DNA from: Chrysomallon squamiferum
Taxonomy: Eukaryota > Animalia > Mollusca
Assembly: GCA_012295275.1 (NCBI GenBank)
Contig: CM022666.1
Span: 3,720,001-3,784,000, forward strand
Length of the DNA: 64,000 bases
Reading direction: 5' to 3'
The position numbers and the translations under genes were made by a program. The notes below the pieces were generated by a model that saw nothing but the letters and a program-made list of their open reading frames with translations, was not told the DNA's origin and made no database searches. Each line of letters opens with the position of its first letter. Within the stretch, counting starts at the first letter, position 1. Positions 1-15,400 of this stretch are shown one piece after another.

Positions 1-727
1 TATGGTTATGTATGTATGGTTATGGATGTATTGGTGTTTGTGTGTGTGTTCCAAATTAACAGTAAATACTACTGGCTGGGCTGGCTATCTCTACTCTTTT
101 GCTATCATTCAAAACGACAGTGTCTAACATGATCTTTAACACGTAACTGTGAAGAGCAAAACACACACCGTACAGCTGAACAACCGATCCTGCGACCTGT
201 AACGCTTCAGACGAGCAAGGTGTCGCACATCCACAAACCTGTAACCTTTATAAGCACACCAACATAGAACAGGCAAACAATAGCGATCAAAGGGGGTCGG
301 TCGGTCACCAGCTCTAAAAAAACTGACCCCAACAACGACAACAACAACAAAAACTATATTTCACTTAAGGTCTCATCGCCAGCGTTTATTGGTTCAATTA
401 AAGGAGGAAACGATTCAATGGGAGACCACTCTAATTGGACTCGGAGCCGATCGATGCGCCGCGGTGTTTGAATAAGAAAAGAAGAGAAAACAGGGCGAAT
501 CGTGGCACGCTCTGGCGAAATTACAGACCTGTCTAAATTTTAATGGCGGCTGCATTCGCTTCACGAAGTCTGCGGCGTTTAAAATAGGTCGGTCGGCTTT
601 GGTGCCAAACTGCCATTTAGACGTTCATCTTGTGTCCAAATTAATGGTAAATGTTATTGACTTGACTTGGCTGGATGGCTGTTTGTTTGGCCGAGGGGTC
701 GCGTTTGGTGCATTCCGCTGAATGGAG

Positions 728-766
<39 letters not shown>

Positions 767-1033
767 TTTAGTAATGTGTGGTTTACTGTTCTAGAATAGT
801 TCAGTGTGTTATACTAATACTAGTTACGGTGTAGTAGGAGACTGATATCAGTTTTGTGTGGTACAGTGCGATGTGATTCTAGGGTAGTGTTATATTAGTG
901 TAGTTTAGTGTATAGTATGGTACAACTGTGTGTGTGTTAAAATTGTTTTTCGTGGTGAATTCTAAACAAACGGATGCGCCGTCCTTTGCATCGACTGAAT
1001 GAAACCGTTTTGAGAAGAGAGCCGTATGGTCTT

Positions 1034-1430
1034 CTACATAAAGTATCGTGAGATCTTTTACAGAAACTATCGTGAGATCTTTTACATAAAGTATCGTGAG
1101 ATCTTTTACAGAAAGTACAGNCTTTGAGATCTACCGTGGAACTTTCTCGCAGTCTTTTATATTAACAGTCGTGCAGTTTTACATCAAACTGCCGATGGAA
1201 CCTTTTTCATAAACAGCCCAACTTTCACACCAACGAATGTGCAGCATTTTACACAAACAGCTACTGTCGTGCAGTTAACACACAAACTGCCGATGGAACC
1301 TTTTACATAAACAGCCGATGACTGAACCTCTTGCACAAACTAGCAATGGAATCTTTTACATAAACAGCCGACGGAAACCTTTCGCGGCGTAAAACTGCCG
1401 ATGAAAACCTTTTTACACAAAACTGCCGGA
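1034..1430. repeat. Minisatellite: 24-bp unit (tacataaagtatcgtgagatcttt) grading into degenerate ttttacataaactgccgatggaacc units
   Basis: About 3.5 near-perfect copies followed by several diverged copies; contains an ambiguous base n at 1121. Confidence 0.8.
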
Positions 1431-2081
1431 TCATCCAGCAAAGCTCGTCTGCTCAAAATTGCTTAACAAACGTTAACACTTTCCGCTCTTTTTCGTGCAG
1501 GGCAACTCAGCCGTGCGTACTGTGTCTACTCGAGCAGTATTTCCCAATCTATTTGTCTCTGCCCAGAAATCACGACTAGAAACGCTTTCCTCTCCGACTG
1601 AGCAAGCCTCGCGTAATTCGGTTAGAAGCAGACGACAGAAAAAAAAGGCCTGCAGCCAAAACCATATGTAAACCGCACGAATACACACACACACGCACAC
1701 ACGCACACCACACCACTGCTTGCTTGTAGATCGATCAAAACAAACATTTAAAAAAAAAAAAAAAAATTTTTATAAAAAAAAAAAAATTTAGGGTCAACAA
1801 TCTGGTTGCACACCATCAATTATTTTGCTGTGTAAAAATAACTGAGTGTCTGTAGAGACTGTTAGTCTGTGACGTATCCGAGGACTGAAATGTTAAGATG
1901 GAAATAATAATAATAAGAAGAAGAAGAGCAAAGCTTCAGTGTAATGATGATGATGATAATAATGATCATAATAAGAATAGTAATAACAACGAAAACAACA
2001 ATATTTAATAATCATAATAATAATAATAACATCAACAACCACATTATTACAATAATAATACAACATCAACAACCACATTAT

Positions 2082-2330
2082 TACATACATCCTACATACA
2101 TACATACATATACACATAAATATACACATACATACATCCATACATACATACATACATATACACATACATATACACATACATATACACACACATACATACA
2201 TACATACTTATACACATACATACATACACACACATATATACACACATACATCCATACATACACACATACATACATATACACACACATACATACATACATA
2301 CATACATATATACATACATACATATATACA

Positions 2331-2364
<34 letters not shown>

Positions 2365-2478
2365 CATACATACATAGATACATACATACATACATACATA
2401 TATACATACATACATATATACATACATACATACATACATACATACATACATACATACATACACACATACATACATACA

Positions 2479-2512
<34 letters not shown>

Positions 2513-2523
2513 CACACATACAC

Positions 2524-2555
<32 letters not shown>
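2082..2555. repeat. (TACA)n compound microsatellite
   Basis: Direct inspection. Confidence 0.95.
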
Positions 2556-2556
<1 letters not shown>

Positions 2557-4186
2557 ATGCGCCAGCAAATCACGTCAAAAAGTATGCCCGAATATTTGCG
2601 AATAACGCAAAGCTTTCTAGAATGTTGTGATGCAGTGTGTGAGGTTTTTTTGTAGATTTTTTTTTTTTAATCACTATTGCGTGTCCGATGACAGTTCAGA
2701 GAAAATCTGTATAATTCTGTTAATATTGGCTATAAAATAGTTAATGGAAAAATAGGAATACTTTATTCGTTTCTACTTTTTATTATTATTATTATTTTTT
2801 GGTTTTGTTTTGTTGTTGTAATAAAAGCTATTCCAAGAAGAAAGTGGGGGGCGGAAGAAACGGTTTTTATGTTTCCCCAACACTCATAAAACGAAATTGA
2901 ATAATTTTTGCTTGTTATCTTGTTAGAGGAGTGAAAGAACTATTTCTTTGGCGAAGAACGCATTGCTTTATCCATCCGCATTTTTTAAAGATAATCATAA
3001 TGGCTACAAAGCTTTTCGGTAAGCGTATTAATGTAACGAAATGGATTGTCGGAAACGATTTAATCGGCAAATCTAAGTGTTTGGAATTCTAACAAGTTTT
3101 ATTCTGTTAGATTTCTTTAAAGTGATTATTATCGTCGTCGTCGTCGTCATCATCATCATCATCATCATTGTTATTATTGTTGTTGTTACTGCTGTTATAG
3201 TAGCTAATATTATTAGCTGTATTAGTATTAGTAGTAATAGTGGTAGTAGTAATATACTAATACACGTAATTGATGTAGTTATAGTAACAGTTACAGCAGT
3301 TGTGGTAGCAGTATAAGAAACAGTAGAAGTAAAAGTCGAAGTAGTTGTAGCAGTAGTAATAATAGCATTGTGTAGAAATGATACAAGGCCTACTGATATT
3401 CGTAGTAATAGCGGAAATAGCAAAAGCAATTAGTAGCTGCTGTTGTAGAAGTAGTAACAGTAGTAGTGGCGGTGGTAGTTGTAATAATAGTAGCTACAGT
3501 AGTAGTAACAAGATCAGAAGAAACAGTAGTTGTAGTAGTTGTTATTGTTGTCGTTGTTGCTCTGCTTCTTGTTCTTGTTGCTGTTCTAGTTACGGTTGAT
3601 TTTTAGCTGGAGTTCGTGACAGTTGTAAAATTCGTTTAATATAAATACAGAGAAAAAAAAAAAAAAAAAAAAACTAAATTCAAACTTCCATTCACCAGTA
3701 TTGATCCAAAGACGTCTCGCAGGGAAAAACGAGATAGCAGTTTTGAGCTAAATACTTTTTTTTTTCTTTTTTTTTTTCTTTCGTCTGAAGATCGATGAAG
3801 ACTTGGAATAAAAGATCAATATGCCGTGGAAAGACATCGATCAAACATCGTCAGTGAAAAACAGACGTTGTTTATTATTTATGCCACAGGAACGTCAAAG
3901 GCGGCTACAGCGTCGCTACAACGGCAGTACGGCGTGCACGAAAACAGAGCCGATCGACACATAGCGGATGTCGGGAGGAAGTCGGGAAATCAATTTAAAT
4001 TCGACAAATTCCGGAACGATACGGAAAGTAATTAAGCTGAAACGTACGTTAATAGAATTAAAGAGCGGTTGAGGAAAAAGGCGAATTAGATTTACTAGTG
4101 ACTGGAAGAAATTCAGAAACAAAATGTTTTCAAAAAAATGTCAGTTAATTAATTAATCTGATTAAAAGGAACCAAATAATAGCAAC

Positions 4187-4255
<69 letters not shown>

Positions 4256-4981
4256 CTCTATTTATTGGTCTTTTTTTTTTTTTTTTTTTTTTGTCTATTT
4301 CTATAACTTTTCTTGTCTCCACTCTAGCATTTTAATCTTATGTTCCTGTCTGTCTATCTATTTGTCTGTACGTCACTTATATGTATATATGAGTATGTAA
4401 GACAGTATTAGATAAATGCACACACTTTACGAGAATCTATCACAACGTTTTGTCTAAATACACGGGTACATACATCAGCATTTTTATCTAAACACAAAGT
4501 GTTGTTTCACGTTGTTCTTGTCAAAGGGAAACAACCGTAATTAAGCAAAATATTAAAATGTCTTCTGCTGTGTTTCTGTTCCTCTTTGCCTCAGTAAAAA
4601 TTAAAAACTTCATGATAATGGTTTGAAAGAATGGTAGGAAAAAAAAAAGAAAAACTTGGTTCAAATCTTGATACGGGATCTAATAGTTCCAATGTAAAAG
4701 AAATTTATTATCTAAGTGAGAGAAATGGATTGAAGACTGGCACGTTCGTAGTTCAAATCCTGGTATCGGTAATTACGTTTCTCGTGTAAAGATGTGTTGT
4801 ATGTGCAGATGATGACGTCGTGTACAGAATTGTTCTTGCTGCATCATTGATACTTTTCACGTTCTTAAAGTTTTGGACTTTAACGATTTAAAAACTAAAG
4901 TTTTAATTACATTTTCATTTCGTTACAGCTTTTTAGTAGTAGTAGTAGTAATAATAATAATAGTAGTAGTAGTAGTAGTAA

Positions 4982-5028
<47 letters not shown>

Positions 5029-5544
5029 AATAATTGTTATCAATAAAATATAATACTTTATTATTGGCAAACAATGATCTCCATTGAGACTAAACCAATC
5101 ACAATAACTTGAATAAATAAAAGCAACATCAGCATCAACAACAGCATCATCAACAATGACAGTAGCATTTAAGTCATGTTTCCCTTTTTGGCTTTTATTT
5201 ATTTATTTATTTATTTATTATTTATTTATTTATTTATTTCGATATCAAAAATTCCTTATAAATGCTCCCGAATCTTCGATTTATATTCGTATTTAACTTT
5301 ATTTAACTTTTTAGTTATTTCATTTTTTTATTTTTATTTTAATTAATTTTATTTTTATTTTTCTCAGATTTTTAATAATATATGCGCTATAAACCTTACT
5401 TTCAAGAAATTCCACTCAACCAAAATCTTTATTTCTGTTCCGATCCTTTTTTTTTTTTTTTTTTTTTTTAGACTTTTTTCTTCACTTTCTTCATCGACAT
5501 CTAAGAAGCTGATTTTTGCCTTCTAGCTAGCGAATGAAAATTAC

Positions 5545-5585
<41 letters not shown>

Positions 5586-6415
5586 TGCTTCATTTCTGAC
5601 GACAAGTCGTAATATGATTTTTCCGCCAAATTTTACAGACGATAAATCTCTGAAGAACAATCAGCCGCCATATTGATTTGTCGTCTGCGTGGTGTAATCT
5701 CGTTCACTTATTGCACTAGATGAAAGCTCGGAGGACTTGTTTCATAAGAAACTTAATTGAAAAGGTACCAGTACTCCCAGTGGTGAATTGTGCAACAGAC
5801 AATTCGCATCGTCGTACAAAGTCGTTTTCTTTTTTTTTTTTTCTTCTTCTCCTTCTTCTTTTTCTTTTTCTTTTTTCTTCTTCCGCGGTCGTTTCCAGCT
5901 GAATTTGCATAAATCGTACGTCATCGCGGACCGGAGATCTGTCATCGGAACAGGAAGGCATAAACCGAAAATTAGCGTTTACGAAAGTGTTCCACAGCAC
6001 CCAGGAATGAATAGCCGCCGTCACGTGACCAAACCGGAGGGAGCAGACGCAGGCTGTTTCGGCTGAAACGTTAACGAAGACAAAAACGTCTCCGGGGAAC
6101 TGTCGCCTTTCTTTTCGTGTTCATTTCTCGTTTCTGCGTGAATGCTTTAAATAAGGGAGACTGGTTGAGAGGGGGGGGGGGAGAGACAGAGAGAGACTGT
6201 ATGAAAGAGAAGCAAAAATTGTTAACGTTTTCACATTAGTTTGATGATAATTGACTGTCGTTATCAACGGGAAACATTCACCGCTACCGTTTAACATCAC
6301 GTATTTAATTAGTTATTAGAAATCATAAAAAAAAACTGTCTCAACAGACGTATTCAGAGTGATTATGCCATGAATATTATAACACTCAGACGAACAAATA
6401 ATTATATTCAACACA

Positions 6416-6467
<52 letters not shown>

Positions 6468-6786
6468 ACACAAATGTCTGTAAAATATCACGTGCTGCTC
6501 AAAAACGTGTTAAATGTAAAATAAATGATTTAAATGAAATACATAAGTATAAATAGTACAAAGTCATCATTTAAAAACAAAAAAAATATACCTCCTCCCC
6601 CCCAAAAAAAAAAAAATAAAATAAAATAAAACATACACAACAGATTATTAAATTTAAAAAAAAACATTACATGTAAATGAAATGAATTCAAAAAGCCTCT
6701 TTCAATTTTATCCGGTCTAAAAGACACAGTTAGTGTCTGGGAAATAAAAAATAGAAAATACATACTGTTATACTACACGTAAAAAC

Positions 6787-7290
6787 AAACACATACACAC
6801 TTATACATACACATGTCTGTACTAATACAGTTATTGATATAGATACACAAACACACACACACACACACACATACATACATACAAACATATACATATACGC
6901 TAAAACACATAGACATACACATATACAAATACAAACACACACACATACACACTTATACATACACATATCTGTACTAATACAGTTATTGATATAGATACAC
7001 AAACACACACACACACACACACATACATACATACAAACATATACATATACGCTAAAACACATAGACATACACATATACAAATACAAACACACACACATAC
7101 ACACTTATACATACACATATCTGTACTAATACAGTTATTGATATAGATACACAAACACACACACACACACACACACACATACATACATACATACAAACAT
7201 ATACATATACGCTAAAACACATAGACATACACATATACAAATACAAACACACACACATACACACTTATACATACACATATCTGTACTAAT
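6787..7290. repeat. Tandem repeat of a ~150-160-bp CA-rich unit, about 3.3 copies
   Basis: Anchor ctaaaacacatagacatac recurs at ~6900, 7052 and 7212; unit length varies with the internal (CA)n. Confidence 0.9.
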
Positions 7291-7379
7291 ATATGCATAT
7301 AAAAACACACGTATATAAACAGATTCCTATGCATAAATGTATAAACACAGAAACATATGTATACACAAGCATACATTTA

Positions 7380-7768
7380 TAAACACATATTTATACATAC
7401 ACACACATACACACACACAGGCATGAATGCATATATACATACATACATACAAATACATACATACATACATACATACTAATACAGTTATTGACATAGATAC
7501 ATACATACATACATACATACATACATACATACATACATACATACATACATACATACATACATACATACACACATGTATGTATAGATAAAAACAATTCTAA
7601 TTTTTTCTAATATTAACTTACTTCAAAGACTTCAGTTTGTGCCTCATTTGTGCCTCAACTGCGGCCATGACACATACATACTCAAACACACAGAGATATC
7701 TACATACTAATACACACATATATATATCTACATACTAATACACACGCATACACATAAACACACAGATG

Positions 7769-7813
<45 letters not shown>

Positions 7814-8520
7814 TGATACATACATATAAAAACACACACACATATATACATATATACAAATATAACCACATTCCCATACATACATGGATAAACACAGACA
7901 CATGTATATAGAAGAATATATTTACAAACACATATTTACACACATATTCACTCAGATACATACATATATACATACATATTTATACACATACATACATACA
8001 CACATACAAACACACATACATACTAATACACACATACATATATATATATATACATACATACATACATACATACACACACACATATATACATATATACATA
8101 CATACATACATGGATAAACACATACATATACACATACAAACACATACACACATATTCATACATACATACATATATACATACACATATACACATACATACA
8201 TACACACATACATACATACACACATACATACATACATACATACATACATACATACATACATACACACATACATACATTCATACATACATGCATACATACA
8301 TACATACATACACACATACATACATATACACATATACACACATACATACATACATACATACATACACACACACATACATACATAATACATACATTCACAT
8401 ACATACACATACATACATACATACACACATACATACATACATACACACATACATACATACATACATACATATACACATAAATACATACCACATATATAAC
8501 CACGCATATACATACAACAA
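7380..8520. repeat. (TACA)/(TA)/(CA) compound microsatellite region
   Basis: Direct inspection. Confidence 0.9.
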
Positions 8521-11071
8521 AGAACATCGCAAGTGTATTTAACCACGCATTTACAAATGCAAAAAAAAAAAAAAAAAAAAATCTTTATATACAAATATTG
8601 ATACTCTATTCAGCTTTTTCTTTCATACTTTTTACATCATTTTCTGGGAGTGACATTTTTTAATTTATTGATCATCAACGATAGGACAACTTATCGTAAG
8701 GCATAAGCGAAAATTTTTAAAATTTCCATACCCCGAGAAAATTCCACGTTTTATTTCAACAGACCAGACGTAATGTCAATCCCCTTTTTAGTTTACCAAG
8801 TGCAAGAAAATTGAATTGTAAGATCCATAGTCACGTCAAAACACGCCGGTCATTAATCCTTACTAAGCGATTTCTTGAGTGGCGGGGGGAGGCGAAAAAG
8901 CAGAAGAAGAAAAAAGAACAAAAAAAAAAAAATATGGCGTCAGAAATGAAGTGCTGCTTCGACGCGCGGAGGAAAGTACAACGTACAAAGTCGCTGGGTC
9001 GCATACAACGTACAATTGACGTCTCGCAAAATGGAAGAGGTTATCAATAACGCTTTTCAATGCATCTAACATCCACGTAGACAAAGTTACGCATGCAGGC
9101 AGCCACGCATTCAGACATACACACACACATGCGGAAAGCTAGGCCACAATGCATTAATAGAATTACTTGTCGAGTTAGGTGAAATAATTACGTGTATGTA
9201 TTTTTTCAAGACAAGCAGTTTAATTACTAGTGATGTGTGAAGTCATTCGATGTAGTTAATGTTTAACCAGATGAAAAGAGGATAAACAAAAAGGCTTTCT
9301 TTGTTTTGTTTTGTTGGGGGTTTTTTTCTTTCTTTCTTTCTTTAAATTTTCTTAAAAATTATTATTATTATTATCATCATGATCATCAACATTATTATGC
9401 TGTATGTTTTTGGACTTTTTGTTGTTGTTGTTTTCTTTTGTTTGTTTTTGTATTTTTACTGATTACGAAATATTAACAAATAATTACATATGATAATAAA
9501 AAAAAAAATGACAGAACTTCGTTTAAAGAGAAATATTTTTATAAAATATGCATGTATGTACGTAAGTATGTAACGTATATATGTGTGTGTGAAGATGCTA
9601 CAACAATACACTGTCATAAATCGCTGCTGGATTAAACATAAAAAACGAGCCTAAAAAGATGAAAAGAATTTCTAATAAAGATTTTGTTTTCAAAGACTGA
9701 AAAAAACAGGTATCACCTGCACCCATGCAAGCAGTATCCTCACAACACTAACATTCTTTTACTTACGCGAAGGACAATACATAATATTAATTATCTTTGA
9801 AAGTTGATCTCTTATACGCCGTAAACAAAAATCAAACAAATACAAATATGCCAACCTGAAACCTTATTTATGTTTCCCGTTCAAACTGTCGCTTCGATGA
9901 AATTTAAATCTGAGCACTTTGGTCATAAATAATATCAGGTACTTTAAGCAAAAGCATAATTAAGCTGACACTTACAGAACTATAAAGCGTGAAATATTTG
10001 AAGTATTTTGAACGAAATGACAAATGAGAATCAGCAGGTGGCTGATGGGTAAAAAAAAAAAAATAAAAAAAAAATAAAAAAATGGGGGTTGTAAAAGAAG
10101 TGTAAAACCTTTAAGAAATATTCAAGTAATTCTGAGCTAATTTGTAAGCTACGTCATCGTATGGTGAGATATCAAATGTCGCTATGACGTCATGAACCAC
10201 GAAAATGTTAATATTTGTTGTTGTTGTTGTTGCTGCTGTTGCTGTTGTTGTTATACTGATGATGATCATCATAGCATTTCTGTATTAGTTTTACTGTTAA
10301 CATGTTCGTAGATTGTTTTCATGTTTTTTTTTTTTTTTTTCTTTTTTTTTTTCCATACTAATATTTTTAAATTATTATTATTTCATTTTATATATATATA
10401 TGTATAGTATCTCATCTTGTTTGACGTTTTGTTACTTCTAAAACTTTCTGTCTTGTCTTTGTTAATTTGAGTACACTCATGCATGGATGAATCGATCGAT
10501 AATCGATTAGTCGATGGATGATTATCAGTGAATTGATCGATGTAAGATATATTCATGTAAATATAGATTTATCTGTGTGTATGTCTTTAATGATGTCCAT
10601 GCCTCTCTGAAAATAGATTTGTTTCGACAAGTTCAGTTTCCTGAATTACTAAAATAATTTATTAAACCTATAAATTTAAATTATGTCGATTTTAATCTAT
10701 TTATATACATACACCTACTGACATACACACATATATACATACAGACAGACAGACAGATAGACATATACACATACAAACAAAAACACAAATACATGTATGC
10801 ACCTATGAATACATGCATAGATGCATACATGTATAAATATACATATATGAATAAATACGCAGAGACATAGACAAACATATACACATACATACATACATAC
10901 ATACATACATACATACATACATACATACATACATACATACATACATACATACATACATGTATGCATGCATGAACTGTCCTAAATAAAATGTGACTTTATT
11001 TAGAAATGTTTTTTTTCTTAGTTTACTTTTTGATATCTTTATGTTCACCATAAAATTCACTTGATAGCTGC

Positions 11072-11722
<651 letters not shown>

Positions 11723-12128
11723 GTGACTAAGCATAATTCTCACGGTTGTTGCTGAAACTCGCAGCGTGACACCAGATGAACCAGATGATTGCGATATAAA
11801 TTCACTCTGAAGATTTCATTCTAGCACACAAACAATGTGCGGCGGGGCGCTTGCCGCTATTGCATTATTTCCATGCAACCCGTAATTTAACAATTTACCC
11901 CCCTGACTAGCGCTTGCTTTCAGCAGACGTAAAGTTTTATGGCTGCGTCAAGATTTATCCTTTCAGTTCGTTACTGAATTCGTTTTTATGCGAGAATAAA
12001 GAGTCAAAACATTTTTAACTCCATTAAAAACAGCGTGATAAGAAATCTACGTCGTGTTGCATAGTTGTTGCTGTCGCGAAAAAAATATATATATATATAT
12101 ATATACATACACAGAGAGCAAGCGAGCG

Positions 12129-12474
<346 letters not shown>

Positions 12475-12806
12475 CAAAGAAAGAAAAATAAGAGGAAGAA
12501 AATGAGAGAAAGTTAGATAACAAAATAATATGACAGAGAAATGGAGGGTGAAAAAGATTAAGAAAGAATGACTGATAGTGGCCTAGATTGACAGAAAGGA
12601 AAAATATATTGTGTGCGATTACCATGAAACGATAAACCCAGTGCATTAAATAATAATCAGCTAAGTTTATTCAACTGTGTTGATTAATTCGTCACGCTGT
12701 AGTGATCATTGAAACCAATATAACACAGTTCTGTAAGGTTTATATGAAAATAAAAATTGGAATAAAAAAAATGATGAGTTTCTCTCATTTCAAGTCCCCT
12801 TGAAAG

Positions 12807-12942
<136 letters not shown>

Positions 12943-13099
12943 TGTTTCTTTATATCTCTATAGTTATCTTTCTCCATCGGTATGTACAGATGTATATGAT
13001 GTGTATGTTAGTGTGTGCATACATGTTTGTGTGATATAAATGTACACCTACACATGCACAAATACATAATATATGTATGTGAGTTTGTATGTAAACGCG

Positions 13100-13130
<31 letters not shown>

Positions 13131-13686
13131 CCATACACGACCACATTGTAAGATGCCAGTGAATACGATGTTTGATATTATTATTTTTTCCACCACCTCA
13201 AGGCAAATTAAGTATTCGTTATAACACTGAGAAAACAACGCAAAGCTTGGTATTAAAACATTTACACGCCGATTTAGGTTCCACCAGACGAAAATCGACG
13301 AGTCGTGAACTGTTCTTTGCGGTAATTCCGCTGGTACGCGGTGAGAACCAGCGAAGCGAGGTTAAGAACAGGAATCTTAATACGTCTAAAATATGTCTCG
13401 TTATTAACAGCGACTAATCTATCGTTTAGTAGTAATTCAATTCTCTCTCTCTCTGTTAAATTATAAAATAAAATAAATAAAAACAGTTGAGTGAGTTCGT
13501 CCGCAAAGAAAGACAATTAAAATAGAGGCTGTGAAAATATATTACATAGCAGTAAATAATTAAAGTGAATTTAAAAATAATAATAATAATAATAATAAAT
13601 AAATAAGTTGTCGGTTCTTGTTGGATTAAAGCGTACATCAGCTGACGTCAATGGAAGTGTAAGGTATGTTTTATTTACTGTTTTTC

Positions 13687-14005
13687 TATGTATGTATGTA
13701 TGTATGTGTGTATGTATGTGTGTGTGAGTATGCATGTATGTGCGCGTGTGTGTATGTGTGTGTGAGTATGCATGTATGTGCGCGTGTGTGTATGTATGTG
13801 TGTATGTATGTATGTATGTATAGGTATATTTATGTATGCATGCGTCTGTATATGTGTCCATATATGTGTATGTATGCATGGGTATTTATATGTGTGTATG
13901 TGTGTATATATATTTAATAATGCATTTTTAAATATGCATATGTGTATAGATATATGTGTGTCTGTATGTGTGCGTGTGTGTGTATGTACATATATATATA
14001 TATTT
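13687..14005. repeat. (TATG)/(TG) compound microsatellite
   Basis: Direct inspection. Confidence 0.9.
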
Positions 14006-14789
14006 GTTAATAGTAAAGAATGGCACATACAGCCATTTTCTTCATTACTTAACATTTAATATTACAACCCAAGAACTGAATATATATTTACTGGAAAACA
14101 GGTGACATTTTACACAGTAAAATGAAAACGATTTTGTACAGCAATTCAGCTAAACAAGAAACTGTTTAGACTGAGTCTTTCCTAAGAGGAACAAAAACTT
14201 TTCAGAGAGTCATTCTGATGAAATGATTAAAAAAAAAAAAAAAAAAAAAAAGACAAACAGACATACGTACGAACAGACAGACAGACTGAAACACAGATAA
14301 GAAGAGATGCACAAATGGACTTGCAGATGGATTCTGGTAATTAAATTAAATTCTGGTGCAAGCGAACTCGCGTCTCTCCCGTTATCTTTTTTGTGGATCT
14401 TAACGGTAACCGATCAACTCGGAATTCGTGTCTCCTTTTAGCAATCGTCACTTCACGGGGAATGCTGGGGCCCCTTCTGTCGTTACCAGAACCATTTCGT
14501 CATACTCAGTTCTCTATACAAGTATCTGGTAATGTCGTTGTGAAAAGGCTAGTGTGTAATAAATAAAGTTCTGTTCTGTTTTGTTCATTAAGCGCGCCTT
14601 TGAGAATCAACATCAAGGCGCAAATTAATAAGCGCCGGGGCTAATTAACGTCAACATCTGAAGATCTCTGATGTTTTCGAATTTTCGATAATTATCTCAG
14701 ACGGTTCTTTTCAGAGTAACGGTTCTTTGATTATTTGATTATTTTTAGAAAACATATATGCATAAGATAGATGGATAGATGGATAGATG

Positions 14790-14872
<83 letters not shown>

Positions 14873-15058
14873 AACATGACTAATAGATAAATACGGAGAG
14901 ATAAATAACGATAAAAAGAAGAACATTTTAAACTAAATGGAGGATATTCCACTGGGAAATGAGTTCAACTCTCTTTCGTTCGCTCCTTAAACTGTTTTCT
15001 TTTCCAATCATTCATAACCAGTAAGAACACATCACGAACTTTTGTGAACTTCACTCTA

Positions 15059-15400
15059 TCTATGAGAAGGTTATTATAAAACAAAATAACTTGCTCTTCA
15101 TCATTAGAATTTTTCTGTCAATGGGAATATCGGGATATACAATATTTTGCTATTTTTGTAACAGTTTTTCTGTCATTGCTATCGTCTATACATAAAATAT
15201 ATTTTGCTGTTCGTGATAAGAGATTTGCTGTTAGTGGGAAGGTCTGTATGTATATAAAATATCTTGCTGTACTTGTTAAAGAAAATTATCTATGGGAAGG
15301 TTCTTATACAAAACAATATCTTGCTATTACATGAGAACACTGCTGTCTATGTCAAGATGTTAAAAGCATTTTATGTGTTTTGTTGTCTATGAAAAGTTTT
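15059..15400. repeat. Degenerate tandem repeat, ~57-60-bp unit, about 6 copies
   Basis: Recurring blocks ctatgggaagg, aatatcttgct and tttctgtc at about 58-bp spacing. Confidence 0.65.

Noticed and set aside
1034-1430. CRISPR-like appearance of short regular repeats (also 22142-22395 and 23337-23445)
   Set aside because: Units are head-to-tail without unique spacers, the context is eukaryotic, and there are no cas genes.
1893-2630. Long ORFs of MYVC/HTYI repeats (also at 6.7-8.6, 13.6, 29, 36.5, 50.9 and 53.3 kb)
   Set aside because: Translations of (TACA)n microsatellites, which lack stop codons in most frames; no coding signal.
6089-6098. COE/EBF-like site (TCTCCGGGGA), of interest for a cholinergic gene
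   Set aside because: A single imperfect match far from the gene, within chance expectation; I found no perfect TCCCNNGGGA by eye.
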